64,000 bases of DNA from the human T2T-CHM13v2.0 reference genome, Homo sapiens (GCF_009914755.1 NC_060932.1), one strand, 5' to 3'; positions 39,328 through 53,489 are shown, numbered from the stretch's first letter. Program-made: numbers and translations. Notes: a model not told the origin generated them from the letters alone.

Positions 39328-40816
39328 CACTAACAACAATAATGTCAGATGCTGTTATTGCTCATAACTCAGATGTTTACTATTTCCGAATCTACAATGT
39401 CTGAGAGAGTGAGATAATAACACTTTGTGGTTTTTAAAACTCTTTTTAATAATATTTTGATCCTCTTCCAGTGTAAGGCTTTATTCTGGGGTAATCATTC
39501 ATGAAAATTTTGTTTTTGCCTCAGGCATATTCCATAAAAAGCAAATCAACAATAACAACTATCAATCAAATCCATTGGGCAAGCAAGATATCAAACCAAG
39601 CTTTAAAAAACAGAATATTTTCTCGCATGCATATAGGACTTTATAGCACTCTCACATCCCTTTTAGCATATAATAAGTATAAAGCTACACATTGTAGTTC
39701 ATTTATTTGATGGAGGAATTTTTTTTTCCCTATTTGACACTTAGAACAAATCACATTAATGATTTCACTGACTTAACTGACTTCTTAGTTGCATGTGGGT
39801 TCAGGGAAGGATAAGATCCTACTGGCTGCTTAACATGGTTTTGGGAACTAAATTTTGTTGAGGCATGCTCACATTCTTATTTGTGCTTTGTGTAATTAAA
39901 AAATACAGAGTTAAATTCACTACAATTATCAACATTAGACTGAGGAACTAACTCAAACGAAAACTATCAGAAGTTTTCTTGGCCTCAAATAAGAAAAATA
40001 TTGGTTAATATCCCAAGTTTCTTTGCCTGTTACCAATTTAGGTAACAGACAAGCTGTGTAAATGTATAAATATTAATGCATAATACAAATATTACTTTAT
40101 ATCTGCTTATTTTATTTTTAGAATATACTATATCAGGCCTTAGGTCAGTGTCTAATTGGCTAAGGATTTGCGAATACCAGTGTGACCTTATTAAATCTGA
40201 ACATGAGAAATTAGGAGAGATTTCAGAAGGTAAGAAACCAAAAAGAAAATGTCTTCTGTGAAAATATTCTCCAAAACAGGGCATTCTTTTTTTTTTTTTA
40301 ATAATACTCATTAACAATGAAAGTAACTTCTCAGAGTTCTAAGCAAGATGATATTGTGAGCAGAGGCATTTGGCTATTCTTAATTTCTACTGAAACACAC
40401 AACTGGGGAAACATTTATGGGTTTATGTATATCTATGCCTGAAATGAAGGCTCTGTATGTTCCATACATGTGATACTATAAGAAGAAATTTCTTCTAATA
40501 TTTGGTACACTGACAATGGTGTTAAATTTTTGTAAAGTGTTAAATCTCACCCCCCTCTTCTGCGATAATTTCCTGCTTACACCATCATCGAGAGAGCAAT
40601 GGATCTTAATAATGAATAAAGAAAATCTTAGCAGACATGTGTTGGCACCCTTAGAAGCTAAGGGTTCCTTATCCCATTAGCTGTATCAATCACAAGAGAT
40701 AGTTTTATGGAAATTAGATTTATTTTAACAGCGTTGATGCTACATGTGATAACTCTCTACAGCTTCATCTCCTGATCCAACACAAGTCCTATGATTCTAG
40801 GTGCCTAATTCTTAAA

Positions 40817-40945
40817 TTTTATTTATTTGTTTGGAGGTAAAATCTCACTATGTTGCCCAGGATAGACTTGGCTCCAGTGATCATCCTACTTCAGCCTTAG
40901 ACTTTGGATAGCTGGGACTATAGGCATGTGCCATTGCACCTAGCT
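40817..40945 (-). mobile_element. FLAM (antisense monomer)
   Basis: tctcactatgttgcccagg...agctgggactataggcatgtgccattgcacctagc. Confidence 0.8.
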
Positions 40946-41129
40946 TCCAGATACCCAAATTTTAAATATTAATGCCATATACCCATGTTTCATTGATCAC
41001 ACATCTTCAAAATTTTTAACAAAAAACATTTCAGTCTCTTCATAAGTCATTATTAGAAAGTTGCAAATGTATTACTTATTTTAAGAAAAAATATATGCCA
41101 TAATTAAAAAGAATGAGAACACTCCAAAG

Positions 41130-41605
41130 CAGCAATTTTCAAACTTTTGGCCTCAGCAACATTGTATACTCTTAAAAACTATCAAGAACCTCAAAGAATA
41201 TTTTTATGTGGATTATGTCCATTACTATTTACAATATTAGATATGAAAACCAAGAAATTTAAAATATTTATTAACATAAATGTCTCACATTTTATGGAAA
41301 ACAATTGTATTTTTCCAAGAATTAGAGAAAAGGGTGAGAGGCTCATTTAAATTTTTGCAAATCTCCTTAATACCTGGCTTAAGAGACGACAGCTGAATTC
41401 TAATCTTTTTCTGCATTTTTAAATGTGTGGTGATAATATATTTCATATAGCCTCTGGCAAACTTCACTGTACTCTAGTCAATGAATGAGAGTGAAAAAGC
41501 CAAATGAATTTTTTATATTATTAAGAGAATAGTTTTGACTTCACAGTACCTTTAAAGCCCTCAGCGTTTCCCAGGAGTCAGGATGCTACACTTTGAGAAT
41601 CATTG
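41130..41605. mobile_element. hAT-Charlie MITE (Charlie4a-like)
   Basis: Imperfect TIRs cagcaattttcaaac...ctttgagaatcattg; body tactcttaaaaactatcaagaacctcaaaga; tttttgcaaatctccttaa. Confidence 0.7.
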
Positions 41606-42435
41606 TTTAAAAAAATTTATTACAAGAAATTCTATCATCTGAACAGATTTTTCTTAAGAAATAAATTATGTGCTCAGAAGTGTCCTATTCATGTTTTCAA
41701 TAAATTTCCAAGCGATTATAAAACATGAGCAAGCAGCTTTGGACAAGAACCAGCTGAGATGAGAAATTATATTAAATCAGGATAAGAGAAAGAAAATGTA
41801 GTGTGCACATTGCAAAAATAAGTAAATTAAGAGATACAGTAAAATGATCTCAGAAATAGGGAAAAATTAAGAAACTATTAGGAAAAAATATGACAGATTT
41901 TGAATCCAAGAGCTAACATAAAAATTAGAGAAATCCTTTAAAGAGAAAATAGAATACAGAGAAAATCAGCATGATCAAAATTTCATGGATTAAAACATTT
42001 AGGTTCTAATGAAGCATATTAGTTAGCAAATTAGGAAAGCACGTATTCTAGGACGATACAGTGTTATTAGAGCAGACTTAGATATACTCCAGCAAAAATT
42101 ACAAATTTAGTCAATGAACACAGAATTTATCCAGCAGTACCCATGAGCCAGATCCTATTTCAGTCACTGAAGGAAATCTAACTATGAAGCAAAAAAAAAA
42201 AAGTTATGATACTGACAATGTAACAAAAATATATGATTAAGTATCTGCCTTAATAAATTAATTACAACAAAAATAACAACATTTTATATCAATAATAATT
42301 AACACGGATTTAAAATAAAACTGTAAACAAAGGGTATAAGCAAAAATACAGATGCACATATATGTGTGTGTTTACTATATAATTTCTAGCAAAATTCATT
42401 AAATTTGTTAAAAATCTTTACTATTAAGAATGAGA

Positions 42436-44285
42436 TTGCTGCCCAAAGCAATTTATAGGATTCAATGCTATTCCTGTCAACCTACCGAGGACATTCTTCA
42501 CAGAACTAGGAAAAACTATTTTAAAATTCATATGGAACCAAAAAAGAGCCCAAATAGCCAAGGCAATCCTAAGCAAAAAGAACAAAGCTGGAGGAATCAT
42601 GCTACCTGACTTCAAACTATACTACAGAGCTAGAGTAACCAAAACAGCATGATACTGGTACAAAAATAGGCACATAGACTAAAGGGACAGAATAGAGGAC
42701 CCAGAAACAAGGCTGCACACCTAATACTATCTGATCTTCAACAAAGCTGACAAAGCAAGCAATGGGAAATAGACTCCCTATTTAATGAATAGTGCTGGGA
42801 TAACTGCCTAGTCATGTGCAGAAGATTGAAGCTGGACCCCTTCTTTACATTATATACAAATATCAACTCGAGATGGATTAAAGACTTAAATATTAAACCC
42901 CTAACTATAAAAACCATAGAAGACGACTGAGGAATACCATTCTGGACATAAGAAGGGGCAAAGATTTCATGACAAAGACACCAAAAACAATTACTATAAA
43001 AGCAAAAATTGACAAATGGAATCTAATTAAACTAAAAAGCTTCTGCACAGCAAAAGAAACTATCCACAGATTAAACAGACAACCTACAGAATGGAAGAAA
43101 ATATTTGCAAACTATGCATCTGACAAAGGTCTATCCAGCCTCTATAGGGAACTTAAAAAAAAACGTACAAGAGAAAAACGAACAACCACATTATAAAGTG
43201 GACAAAGAACATGAACAGACACTTTTCAAAAGAAGACATACATGTGGCCAACAAGCATATGAAATAAAAAAGCTCAACATCAATACTTATTAGAGAAAAG
43301 CAAATTAAAACCACAATGAGATATCATCTCACACTAGTCAAAATGGCTATTATTAAAAAGTCAAGCCTGGCCAACATGGTGAAATCCCATCTCTACTAAA
43401 AATACAAAAATTAGCCCAGCATGGTGGTGGACGCCTGTAATCCCAGTTACTTGGCTGGCTGAGGCAGGAGAATTTCTTGAACCCTGGAGGCAGAGGTTTG
43501 CAGTGAACTGAGATTGCGCTATTGTACTCCAGCCTGGGTGACAGAGCAAGACTCTGTCTCCAGAAAATAAAATAAAATGAAATAAAATAAGATAAAATAA
43601 AATAAAATAAAAGTCAAAAAATAACAGATGGTGACAAGGTTGTCGAGAAAAGGGAACTCTTATACGCCGTTGATGAGAGTGTAAATTAGTTCAACCATTG
43701 TGGAAAGCAGTATGGAGAGTTCTCAAAGAGCTAAAAGCAGAACAACCATTTGACCCTGAAGTATTATTACTGAATATATACCCACAGAAATATAAATCAT
43801 TCTACTATAAAGTCACATGAATGCTAATGTTCATTGCCGCACTATTCACAATAGCAAAGACATAAAATCAACCTAAATGCTCATCAATGACAGATTGGAT
43901 AAAGAAAATATGGTAGATACACATCATGGAACACTATGCAGCTATAAAAAAAACATCATGTCTTTTGCAGGAACGTGGTTGGAGGTGGAGGGTATTATTC
44001 TTAGCAAACTAACACAGGAACAGAAAATCAAATAACACATGTTCACACTTACAAGTGTGAGTTAAAAAATGAAAACTCATAAACACAAACAAGGGAACAG
44101 ACACTGAGGTCTACTGGAGGGTAGAAAGTGGGAGGAGGGCGAGAAGAAAAAGTAACTTTTGGATCCCAGGATTAATACCTGGTTGAAGAAATAATCTGTA
44201 AAATGAACCCCCATGACACAAGTTTACCTATGTTACAAACCTGCACATGTACCCTTGAACCTAAAATAAAAGTTACAAAAAAAAA
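42436..44285 (+). mobile_element. L1PA15/16-like 5'-truncated L1 (ORF2 C-terminus and 3'UTR), interrupted by an Alu
   Basis: ttcatatggaaccaaaaaagagcccaaatagcc; ORF 42969-43196 [22 protein letters not shown]; end cctgcacatgtacccttgaacctaaaataaaagtt plus A-tail. Confidence 0.92.
43364..43612 (+). mobile_element. 5'-truncated AluS with (TAAAA)n tail, inside L1
   Basis: Starts agcctggccaacatggtgaaa; TSD aaaagtca on both sides. Confidence 0.92.
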
Positions 44286-44296
44286 GTATAATGAGA

Positions 44297-44411
44297 TGCC
44301 GGGCACATCCCAGCACTTTCAGAGAGCAAAGCAGGAGGATCACTTAAGCCCAGGAGGTCGAGACCAGTCTCAGCAACATAGTGAGACCCCATCTCAATAA
44401 AGGAATAAAAA
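44297..44411 (+). mobile_element. FLAM with internal deletion
   Basis: gccgggcac|atcccagcacttt...gcaggaggatcacttaagcccagg...gcaacatagtgagaccccatctc. Confidence 0.85.
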
Positions 44412-44489
44412 TCTATTTTTTAGAAAATGAGAGCTAGCTAGCACCCTACAGAGAGGAAGATGAAGAATAAAAAAGTCATAGATATGTAT

Positions 44490-44774
44490 TTTCATTTATT
44501 ATTTTATTTTAAATTTTTATAAGTGTATAATAGTTGTAAATATTTATGGGGTATATGTGATACTTGAACAGAAGTATATAAGGTGTGATGATTAAATCAT
44601 GACAATTAGGATATTCAACACTTCAAACATTTATTTGTGTTGGGAACATTTCAAATTTACTCCTTTAGTTATTTTGAAATATACAATAAATTATTGTTAA
44701 CTATAGTCAACCTACTGTGCTAACGAACACTAGATCTTAAAGAGGGTCAGTTAATGGGCGCAAAAATACAGATA
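44490..44774 (-). mobile_element. Short L1MA 3' end with an apparent 5' inversion
   Basis: Antisense L1MA terminus to ...cactagatctta (44739), then sense fragment aagagggtcagttaatgggcgcaaaaatacag. Confidence 0.75.
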
Positions 44775-44823
44775 AAATATGTTTTTAAAAATAAACTAAA
44801 GAAGTTAGAATAGGGTAGCCACA

Positions 44824-45202
<379 letters not shown>

Positions 45203-45599
45203 TTATTGAATGCAAAAGCATTCAAATTTATTTGTCTTTTCTTAGTGTTATCCTTAGGCAGTTTATTAAAAAACATATTAAATGCAGCAAGGTAAAAATG
45301 ATGGCAAATTATAAGGAAACGAGAGTTACTTTGTAAAGTCATGGGCAAGATCGTTTATATAAATGCTTTCCATGAAAGATCGTCAGCTTCCCAATGTGGA
45401 AATGAGAATTAAGTGTTACTGTGACTGGTTTATAGGATCATGTGAGGTCCTCAGAAAACAAAATTATTTTTTCAGTAGAGATAACTTTTCCTACAAGGAA
45501 ACAATAAATTCTACAATATCCTTATAGGCTATGTGGCTATGGTATTTCTTTCTCTTTTTCTTTTTTTAAATTTTCCTCAGGAAAGGCTCATTAAATTAA

Positions 45600-45930
45600 A
45601 AGTTTATTTAATTCATCTGTTCAATCTACAAATAGTTACCGAGCTCCTACTACCTGCGAGGCCCTCTTCTAGGCCTGTAGATATATTGGTGAACAATGTG
45701 ACCACAATACTATTTTCGTTGGTCTGCAATTTAATGGGAGTGTGAAGGTACTCAGAGAACAAATTAACAATTAAATATTATGTGGTAAAAAGTGCTTTTA
45801 TAATGAAAAAAAAAGCACTATAAGGATCACAAAGGATAATAGGAACGGGAGAAAATGCTCTTTTAATAGAGTCGTTAGGGAAACCTCTCCAATTAAATGT
45901 TCCTAACATGACGACTGAGCAGAGAACAGA
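45600..45930 (-). mobile_element. L2 fragment
   Basis: ttcatctgttcaatctacaaatagttaccgagctcctactacctgcgaggccctcttctaggc...ggtgaacaa. Confidence 0.6.
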
Positions 45931-46689
45931 AAGATGTGGCAGCTATTGTTTGTTATAAGACAAAACTCAGCTCTCTCAATGGTTGATATGAGTGCATCCC
46001 TTAGAAATGATTCTGTTCTTGGTGTTATGTTCAAGTGTATTTATGAATCTCCCGGGCAAAGGAAGACTCAATTACGGTGTTTACATGCTATATTTTACAG
46101 AGAAATAAGCACTCTTCTTTTGAAGGAAAGTCAATTATCCTTTTATTTTGGTGAAAGCATCTCAACATTGCTGACTATCTGAAAGTGTGAAACCTCTATA
46201 TCTTTGAAAAATAATTAAACTTCTCATTAAAAAAAGTTACTAATGGAAAACAGTTGTGTTATAATACCAACCGCTAGGGTATTTCCAAACAAAGTTTGAT
46301 ACATGTGCAAAAGAGGATGTTATATAACCGTTAAAAACAATTTTCAAATACTACTATTAATGATAATAACATTAAGTGCTAGTTACTAACTCTGTATATA
46401 AATTAATTTTATAGAAAAATAGTTATGATATAATCTTAAGTGAAAAGAAAGACTACAAAAGTATAGAAAAGAATATCAATTTTAACTTTTAAATATCAAT
46501 AGGATACATACATATTCTTATAGAAGAAAAAGCCACAAAATTTTGAAACTATTTACTAATAACTGTCTGATGGTTATTTAAAGCTTTTACTTATATGTTT
46601 AAAAATTCCCCCTACTTCATATTCTTAGATTACACTATATAAGCAAAGCATTAAAACATTTTGTGGAGCTATTGGACATTTTAATATTA

Positions 46690-47260
46690 CTTTTGGGTAT
46701 GTGAAATGGTACAACCAATTTGAAAAATAGTTTGGCGGTTTCTTATAAACTTTAAAGAAAACTTACCATAATATTCAGCAATTGAACTCTAAGGTAATTG
46801 CCCCAAATAAATGAAAACATATTTTCGCAGAAAGTTTTGTACAGAAATGTTTTAACAGCTTAATTTATAGTAGCTCCACATTAGAAGCAACTCAAATGTT
46901 TATCAAAAGTGAATGGAATAACATGTGTGGTATATTAATGAGAAATCTGTCAGCAATAAAAATAAATGATACAACAACATAGAAGAATCAGGAAAAATAT
47001 AGTGAAGAATATAAGAAGTTTAAAAATTACTGTGTGATTATGTTTGTATGAAAATTCATATCAGGCAAACTTAGTCAATACTGATAGGAAGTAGATTAGT
47101 GGTTCCCTGGGCCTGGGTGTGAGGATGCACTATCAAAGGGAAAAAGGGTGTTTTGGGGGTGATTCAGGAGGTGGTTACTAGGGTCCTAACTCATCACACT
47201 GTACACTCATTATGGACTTAATTTTTTATAAATTATACCTTAATAAAATTGATTTCAAGA
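46690..47260 (+). mobile_element. L1MB/MC-like 3' end fragment
   Basis: aaatggtacaaccaatttgaaaaatagtttggcggtttcttataaa...taaattataccttaataaa. Confidence 0.75.
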
Positions 47261-47291
47261 GAAAAAAAGGCTAGCCTAACAATACAGCCAA

Positions 47292-47742
47292 TATAGTGGG
47301 TTGAATGGTGTCCCAAAAAAATGTGTTCCCAACCTGGGACCTCAGATTGTGACTGTATTTGGAAATAGGGCCTTTGAGATGTAGTTAGTTATAGATTTCA
47401 AGATGAGGTCATAGTGGATTAGGGTGTGCCCCAGATTCAATGACTCCTGTTATTATAAGAAGAAGAGAAGACCTACACAGAAGAGAAGATGTGAAGATGG
47501 AGGTAGAGATTGGATTGATTCATCTTCTACACGCCAAGGTAGGCCAAGGATTGCCAGGAGCCAGCTGAAGCTAGAAGAAGCATGGAAGGATTCTTCTCTA
47601 GATCCTTCAGCAGAAACGTTGTCTTACTAAAACCTTGATTTCAGACTTCTAGCCTCCAAAAATGAGGCAGAATTTCTTTTGTTGGTTTTAAGCCACCCTG
47701 GTTGTGGTAACTTTTTATAGAAGCCCTAGGAAAAGTAATATA
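47292..47742 (+). mobile_element. MLT1C-type MaLR solo LTR
   Basis: tatagtgggttgaatggtgtccc...tatttggaaataggg...gccaaggattgcc...ttaagccaccc...gccctaggaaaagtaatata. Confidence 0.88.
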
Positions 47743-48578
47743 CCAAGCAATAGCAAGTTATGATTCAACATGGACAGATGTACAACGCTTAATCCACTGC
47801 TTCAATATTTTGCATTACTACAGTGTGTTTTCAAAATACCTCCAAAAGAAGATGCTTGCTTTACTTATCAAAATCATACAATTTTTGGATTTGCAAGAGA
47901 TGAAAACTCAATTCACCACAACATCTCTCTACATTGTACCAAAAATGCAAAATTTTGTGGGGAGAAAGAATAGACATTTGAGTTTCAATAACATATAGAT
48001 ATATAATAACACAAAGTTTTAACAATACACAGATAACAAAGTTGTGGCACCGAAAAGTGCAGTGGTTGGATGTATTTACATAGTTAATTAGTGACAATAT
48101 GGGAAAAATCAAATGCCTTCCTCTCTGAATGTGGTGCTCACTCTGTTTCACTTGGTTGAAAATAAATGTAATTTGTGAGTATTTTAATTCATTTTATTTA
48201 AAAGATAGAGAACTTTCAAAAGATTATATAAGGATTTCTATAATTATCTTTGCATGGAAATGTGCAAGAGGTACACAATACTTGTATACAGACGTATTTT
48301 AGTTACCCTGTTAAAAGTTTTCGAATTTGTGAAAATATTTGTAATCCATCAGGCTATCCATAGTGTGTGTGTAGAGATTAGTACACAAAACACAATAATA
48401 TAAGCACAAGAGAGTCCAAATAGGAGAGATTTTAAATTACGAATTAATATGTATTTCTGATTTTAAATTTTACATAAGCAGCTTAAGATAGGGTAAAATT
48501 ATTAGCATAAACCAGAAAATATAAAATATAATATATATAATGTATATAATAAAATATAATATATTATATATATTACAC

Positions 48579-49207
48579 ATAATATTTCTTCACTCTATAT
48601 AGAGAGTGAAGAAAATGTTTGAGATCTAAAAATATTCTATGGATTCATTCATTTATATGAGTACATATATGTGTGCATAGTATATGTGAAACTTATGGAG
48701 AAAAAAACTAATACCTCCTGCCATAAAAGGAGCATTGATATATATAAATATATTATATAAATATATTATACAATTATATAAATAATATATATATTATATA
48801 ATTATATAAATAATATATAAATATATTATATAATTATATAAATAATATATAAATATATTATATAATTATATAAATAATATATATAAATATATTATATAAT
48901 TATATAAATAATATATAAATATTATATAATTATATAATATATTATATAAGTATATCATATATAAATATTATATATAATTATATAATATATTATATAATTA
49001 TATATTTATATATATGATATATTTTATATAATATATTTATATATATTTTATATAATATTTCTTCACTATATAGAGAGTGAAGAAAATGTTTGAGATCTAA
49101 AAATATTCTATGAATTCATTCATTTAAATGAGTACATATATGTGTGCACAGTATATGTGAAACTTATGGAGAAAAAAGCTAATATCTCCTGCCATAAAAG
49201 GAGCATT
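48579..49207 (+). repeat. ~157-bp direct repeat pair (48579-48736, 49052-49207) flanking an AT-rich minisatellite
   Basis: Copies differ by 5 substitutions and one 2-bp indel; the intervening ~315 bp is almost pure A/T with ~28-34 bp units. Confidence 0.95.
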
Positions 49208-50409
49208 TTATACTTCTAAGGAATTATACGTAGAAATTAAAGCCATGCCTATGATTCAATTTATAAAATCTATAATTTACAAACAAAATTTATAAACAAA
49301 GTTTATAAACTAGTTTATAAACTAGTTTGTTTAATGATATTAATTTTCTTTACAGTTGCATAGAAAAGTTTTTTTTAAAAAACCTCATTTTATTTTGCTT
49401 AGTAACAGAATTTACAGCAGTTGAAAAACTATCTCCTTTATAAATTATGTCACCAGATTTATAACCTCTTCAAGGAAGAGCCAAATGTTCTGTGGATTAG
49501 GAAAAACTTAATATTCGTTTTAATAACAAGCAACAATATATTGACCAAAAATGATCATTTGAATGTTTGTAAGTAATGTAGATATATAATATACCATAAT
49601 TTTCATAAAGGTCAAAAATCTTCTCTGTGTTAATATCTGCTTTTAAAATAGTCATTAGTACATTTCTGAACAGGAAGTGAAAGCTTTAAGAGATTTCTTT
49701 CCTGTTAAAAACATTTTTAAAAATGTATTTTTATCACAGACTTTTATGCACTTAAAGCATAAATTCTAAATATAAATTTTTAGATATTATGAAATTTGAA
49801 AGAACACAAAGAATCCAACCACCAGTCCTAACTGAGAAGTAGCCCAATGTGTAGTTATTATTATATACAATTTTTAAGAAATTTGTTAATTTAGTCCACT
49901 AGTTCTTCAATTTAAAAAAATCTATTTTATTACATATGAAATCATTTATTTTAGTTTTAGTCAATATGTTCTTGTAGAAAGAAAACACTTGTTCTATAAT
50001 TTAACTGTAACCTGTTTACTTAAAGTTTGTTAAAGAATCATAAAAATTAACAAATTCATCACTTACCTGTTAAAGAAAATAATTTTCAATTGAAATTAGT
50101 TTAAAAGCCTGAAGGAAACAATCATCCTTATTGCATTCATATATTGGCAACTGAGGTATTTCACCTCTAAAAGGATAGGTAGAAGAAAAAAAAAAGACTG
50201 AAGTTGCAATTGAAGACACTCACGTTTCTTTTTTTGTATATTCTTCTTTACTTTTATTCCTAACTTTACCTATAGGAAAAGAGACCAGATATTTTGAACT
50301 TTCCATCATAGTTCTTAATTTCAAAAATATAAGTCCATCATCCCATAACACATGCATTAAGATGAGAGCAAGCATCTTGAGTTGAGAGGTTGTATAAAAT
50401 GGGAGTTAA

Positions 50410-50655
50410 GAGAAGAAACATAGGGCCAGGCTGCTGGAATTCAAAGTCTGCTCACCTTACGGGAAGGCTGTGTGATCGTGTATGCATTAACCAAACTCTC
50501 TGTGTCTCAGCTTACCTAATTTTAAACAGAGGAGAGAATCATAAAAACAGTCCTCCTCAGTGTACTGTGGTAAGAATCAAATGATTTGATAACTGTCAAA
50601 CCTCCCAATGTCTGACATGTCTTAGGTACTAAGTAAATGTTGCTGTTGTTACTAT
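50410..50655 (+). mobile_element. MIR SINE
   Basis: ctctctgtgtctcagctt...gtggtaagaatcaaatga...aggtactaagtaaatgttgctgttgttac. Confidence 0.65.
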
Positions 50656-53232
50656 TCATGATTCAGGCAATTTAGAACTTCTGTCCTGAAATTATCTCTA
50701 CACAGGCAAATAAAAGAAATAGGTAATTAATGCTATAGAAAATCAGACTGTCAAAGGAATCTAATCACAGCTTCTTAGCAGTATCTAGATGAAGAAATGG
50801 GTACACAAAGAGATGATGTGGCCTGCCCACTATCACACAAATAAATATTGGATGTGGGATTGCAGCCTCAGTCTTTTGATTCTTCACTGGTTGAAAGTCA
50901 GCCCAGTCTCTTCTGCGGTATATGAAAAACCCTATCAGTATATTGTAACATTACTCTCCATTTATCTTCATCTCATTCATTCGTGTTTATTGCTGTTACT
51001 GCTATGATTTCCATGATAGCCTACTCACATGTCTTTTGCAAATGAAATGTTTTCCATTTAAAAAAATTCCATGCATAGTTACCAAAATACATTTTCATCA
51101 AACATCATCACCCTAATTCATTTTCTGGTTTTAGAATGTATTATGACACTATATACATTTATTTCAGCATACCTTTTTTTTTCTTAATATTTCAGCCTGT
51201 TTCTCTTGTAGGGATTTATTTCACAGAGAAGTATAATCACTATTGAAATGCATACTATACTACTTGAAGAAAAGATTGATCAAAGATGTTTCTTCATCAT
51301 TACTTCTTTCAATGCTGAATATTTTTTTAAAAAATAAACTTAATTTTTGCACCAATGTCATTCTGATATCTCTCATAGCACTTTAAATTCATTTTAACCA
51401 TATTACTTTAGTGTTCTATATGATTGCTGTTCAGGTTTTTCTGTCTAAAGTAAAACTTTTAAAATATTTTAAAAATGCAACATTAAAATAGATGCATATA
51501 TTCTGTGCATACATTCTATAATTATTATTTTACTCATATTTGAATATTTTGGATAAATATGTTATTGAGAGTTTTAATTTTGTAATATGTTTAGTTAATT
51601 TGGAAAAAAGTTGGAATAATTGCAAATAGTCAAAATGGCTCAAATATTCTTTAATTTACTTTTTCCTATTGGATCAAGGTTCCCTTGAACATCAATTATG
51701 GAAACTATTTCTAAACATGAGCATGCACACCACCAAGCATATAATCATTTATCTTTTAATCAACACATTTTGTTATTCACTGTGAGTCTATTATAAAGAA
51801 AGACACATAAAGCTTATATAACAAAGAGCCAAGCTATTTTTGGTCTTCAAAGATCACCAACTTAATTTGAAAAATTACTCGTTAGTGACTTTCATAGTAA
51901 CAGAAATATCCTCTTAATGCAGAATTTCTCAGACACTATAGCAAGAGTAAAAAATCTGTTCAAATAAATTAAGCAAAACTCAGCCTACTTAAATGCATTA
52001 AACTGAAAGTACAATTTACCATGCATTTCTTTAACTGAACTTAATATTTTTCTCAATAAAATTAAGTAATTCTATTTTGCATAAAATAAATTCTTCTTAA
52101 ATATTTTTAAAAGTGGTGTTTAATTGTGAATAAGCACTATAATGTTATATTAACTATACCTAGGTTACCACCTCACTAAAAATACAAACATACCTATACT
52201 CTGTATTACAAAATGTAGTAAAACTGGTAATCTATGAATTTAACATTTCCTTTTGGTTACCTCATATTCTCTTTGTATGTATTCAATAAGATCACTAATT
52301 CCCATCCTAATGGCAGAATAATATAGGAATGAAAATATTTCAGAGAATTATGTTATGACAACTATAGCTTATATTGTGCTGGTGAGCAAGTTTCTGATAG
52401 TTAATGCTGTTTTTTAAAGGAAGGTGTATATGTATCAATCAATTATAATTTTAATTACATAAACATGAATATTTACAATTAACATGAATATTCAAAGTGT
52501 AGTTCAGTCTTAATTCTATCCTGGAAAAATGGCATTGTAGAGATTCAGAATTAAAAGTTTATGAAAAATAAATGGAGTCAGAAGGAGTATTTTTCTGAGT
52601 TTAGTAGATTGTATAAAAGGTTGACATTATCCACGTGACCAAAAAAAGGAAAAACCACAAGTTGGAAGAAATGTATCACAAAAATCCATAAATTCATGAT
52701 GTACAAAAGTAAAGGCTATGAGTCTTATAATTCAATCCAAAATGTCATGATATTTTCAAATTTTAGAAAATTATTTCTGACAAGAGATAGTTGACAAATG
52801 GTGACAAGATGAGCATGCACTTCTGGTCACAGTGCCTCTATAAGCTCCTGCTGCCTCTTCCAGGCTATTCTTGCCACTGCCCGTACTGCCTCGTTGCTTT
52901 TTGTTTAACAGACTTAATACCTTTATTTAAACTGAGTAATCTTTTATCTTTCAGAATACCTTTTATCATGAGATTCAGCTTTCCCACCGGTTGCGAGCCT
53001 ACATTGGATAATTAGAACATCATAAGATCCTCAGTAACAATGAGTCAATTTTGTTATAATTATTTCTAACATACTATTTTTCAAAAACTGCTGCTCAAGC
53101 AATTGAGTGTTGGAAATTCTTGGGAAAAGTACACCCATGACCTAAATAAGTTTTCTGAACAATCCTTCCTTTTTAGTTTGTTATTGAAATTGATGTCTGC
53201 AACATTCAATATAATTTGAGCTTTTAGGTCAT

Positions 53233-53482
53233 TGTTACGGATTGAATTGTGCCCCTCCTCCTTCCTGTTCATATGTTGAAGCACTAAGCTGCACTATCAC
53301 AGTATATGACTGTATTTGGAGATAAAGCGTTTATAGAGGTAATGAAGATTAAATGAGGTCATAGGGTGGGCCCTAATTCAATAGGACTGGTTTTCTTAGA
53401 AGAAGAAGAAGAGATATCAGAGCTCTCTCTCTCCATGTGCACGCAGATAAAAGGCTCTACAAGGGCACAGAAAGACGGTGGT
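53233..53482 (+). mobile_element. MLT1A/B-type LTR, 3'-truncated
   Basis: tgttacggattgaattgtgcccc...ttcatatgttgaagc...tgtatttggagata...aaatgaggtcatagggtgggccctaattcaataggactgg. Confidence 0.85.
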
Positions 53483-53489
53483 TGAGTAG

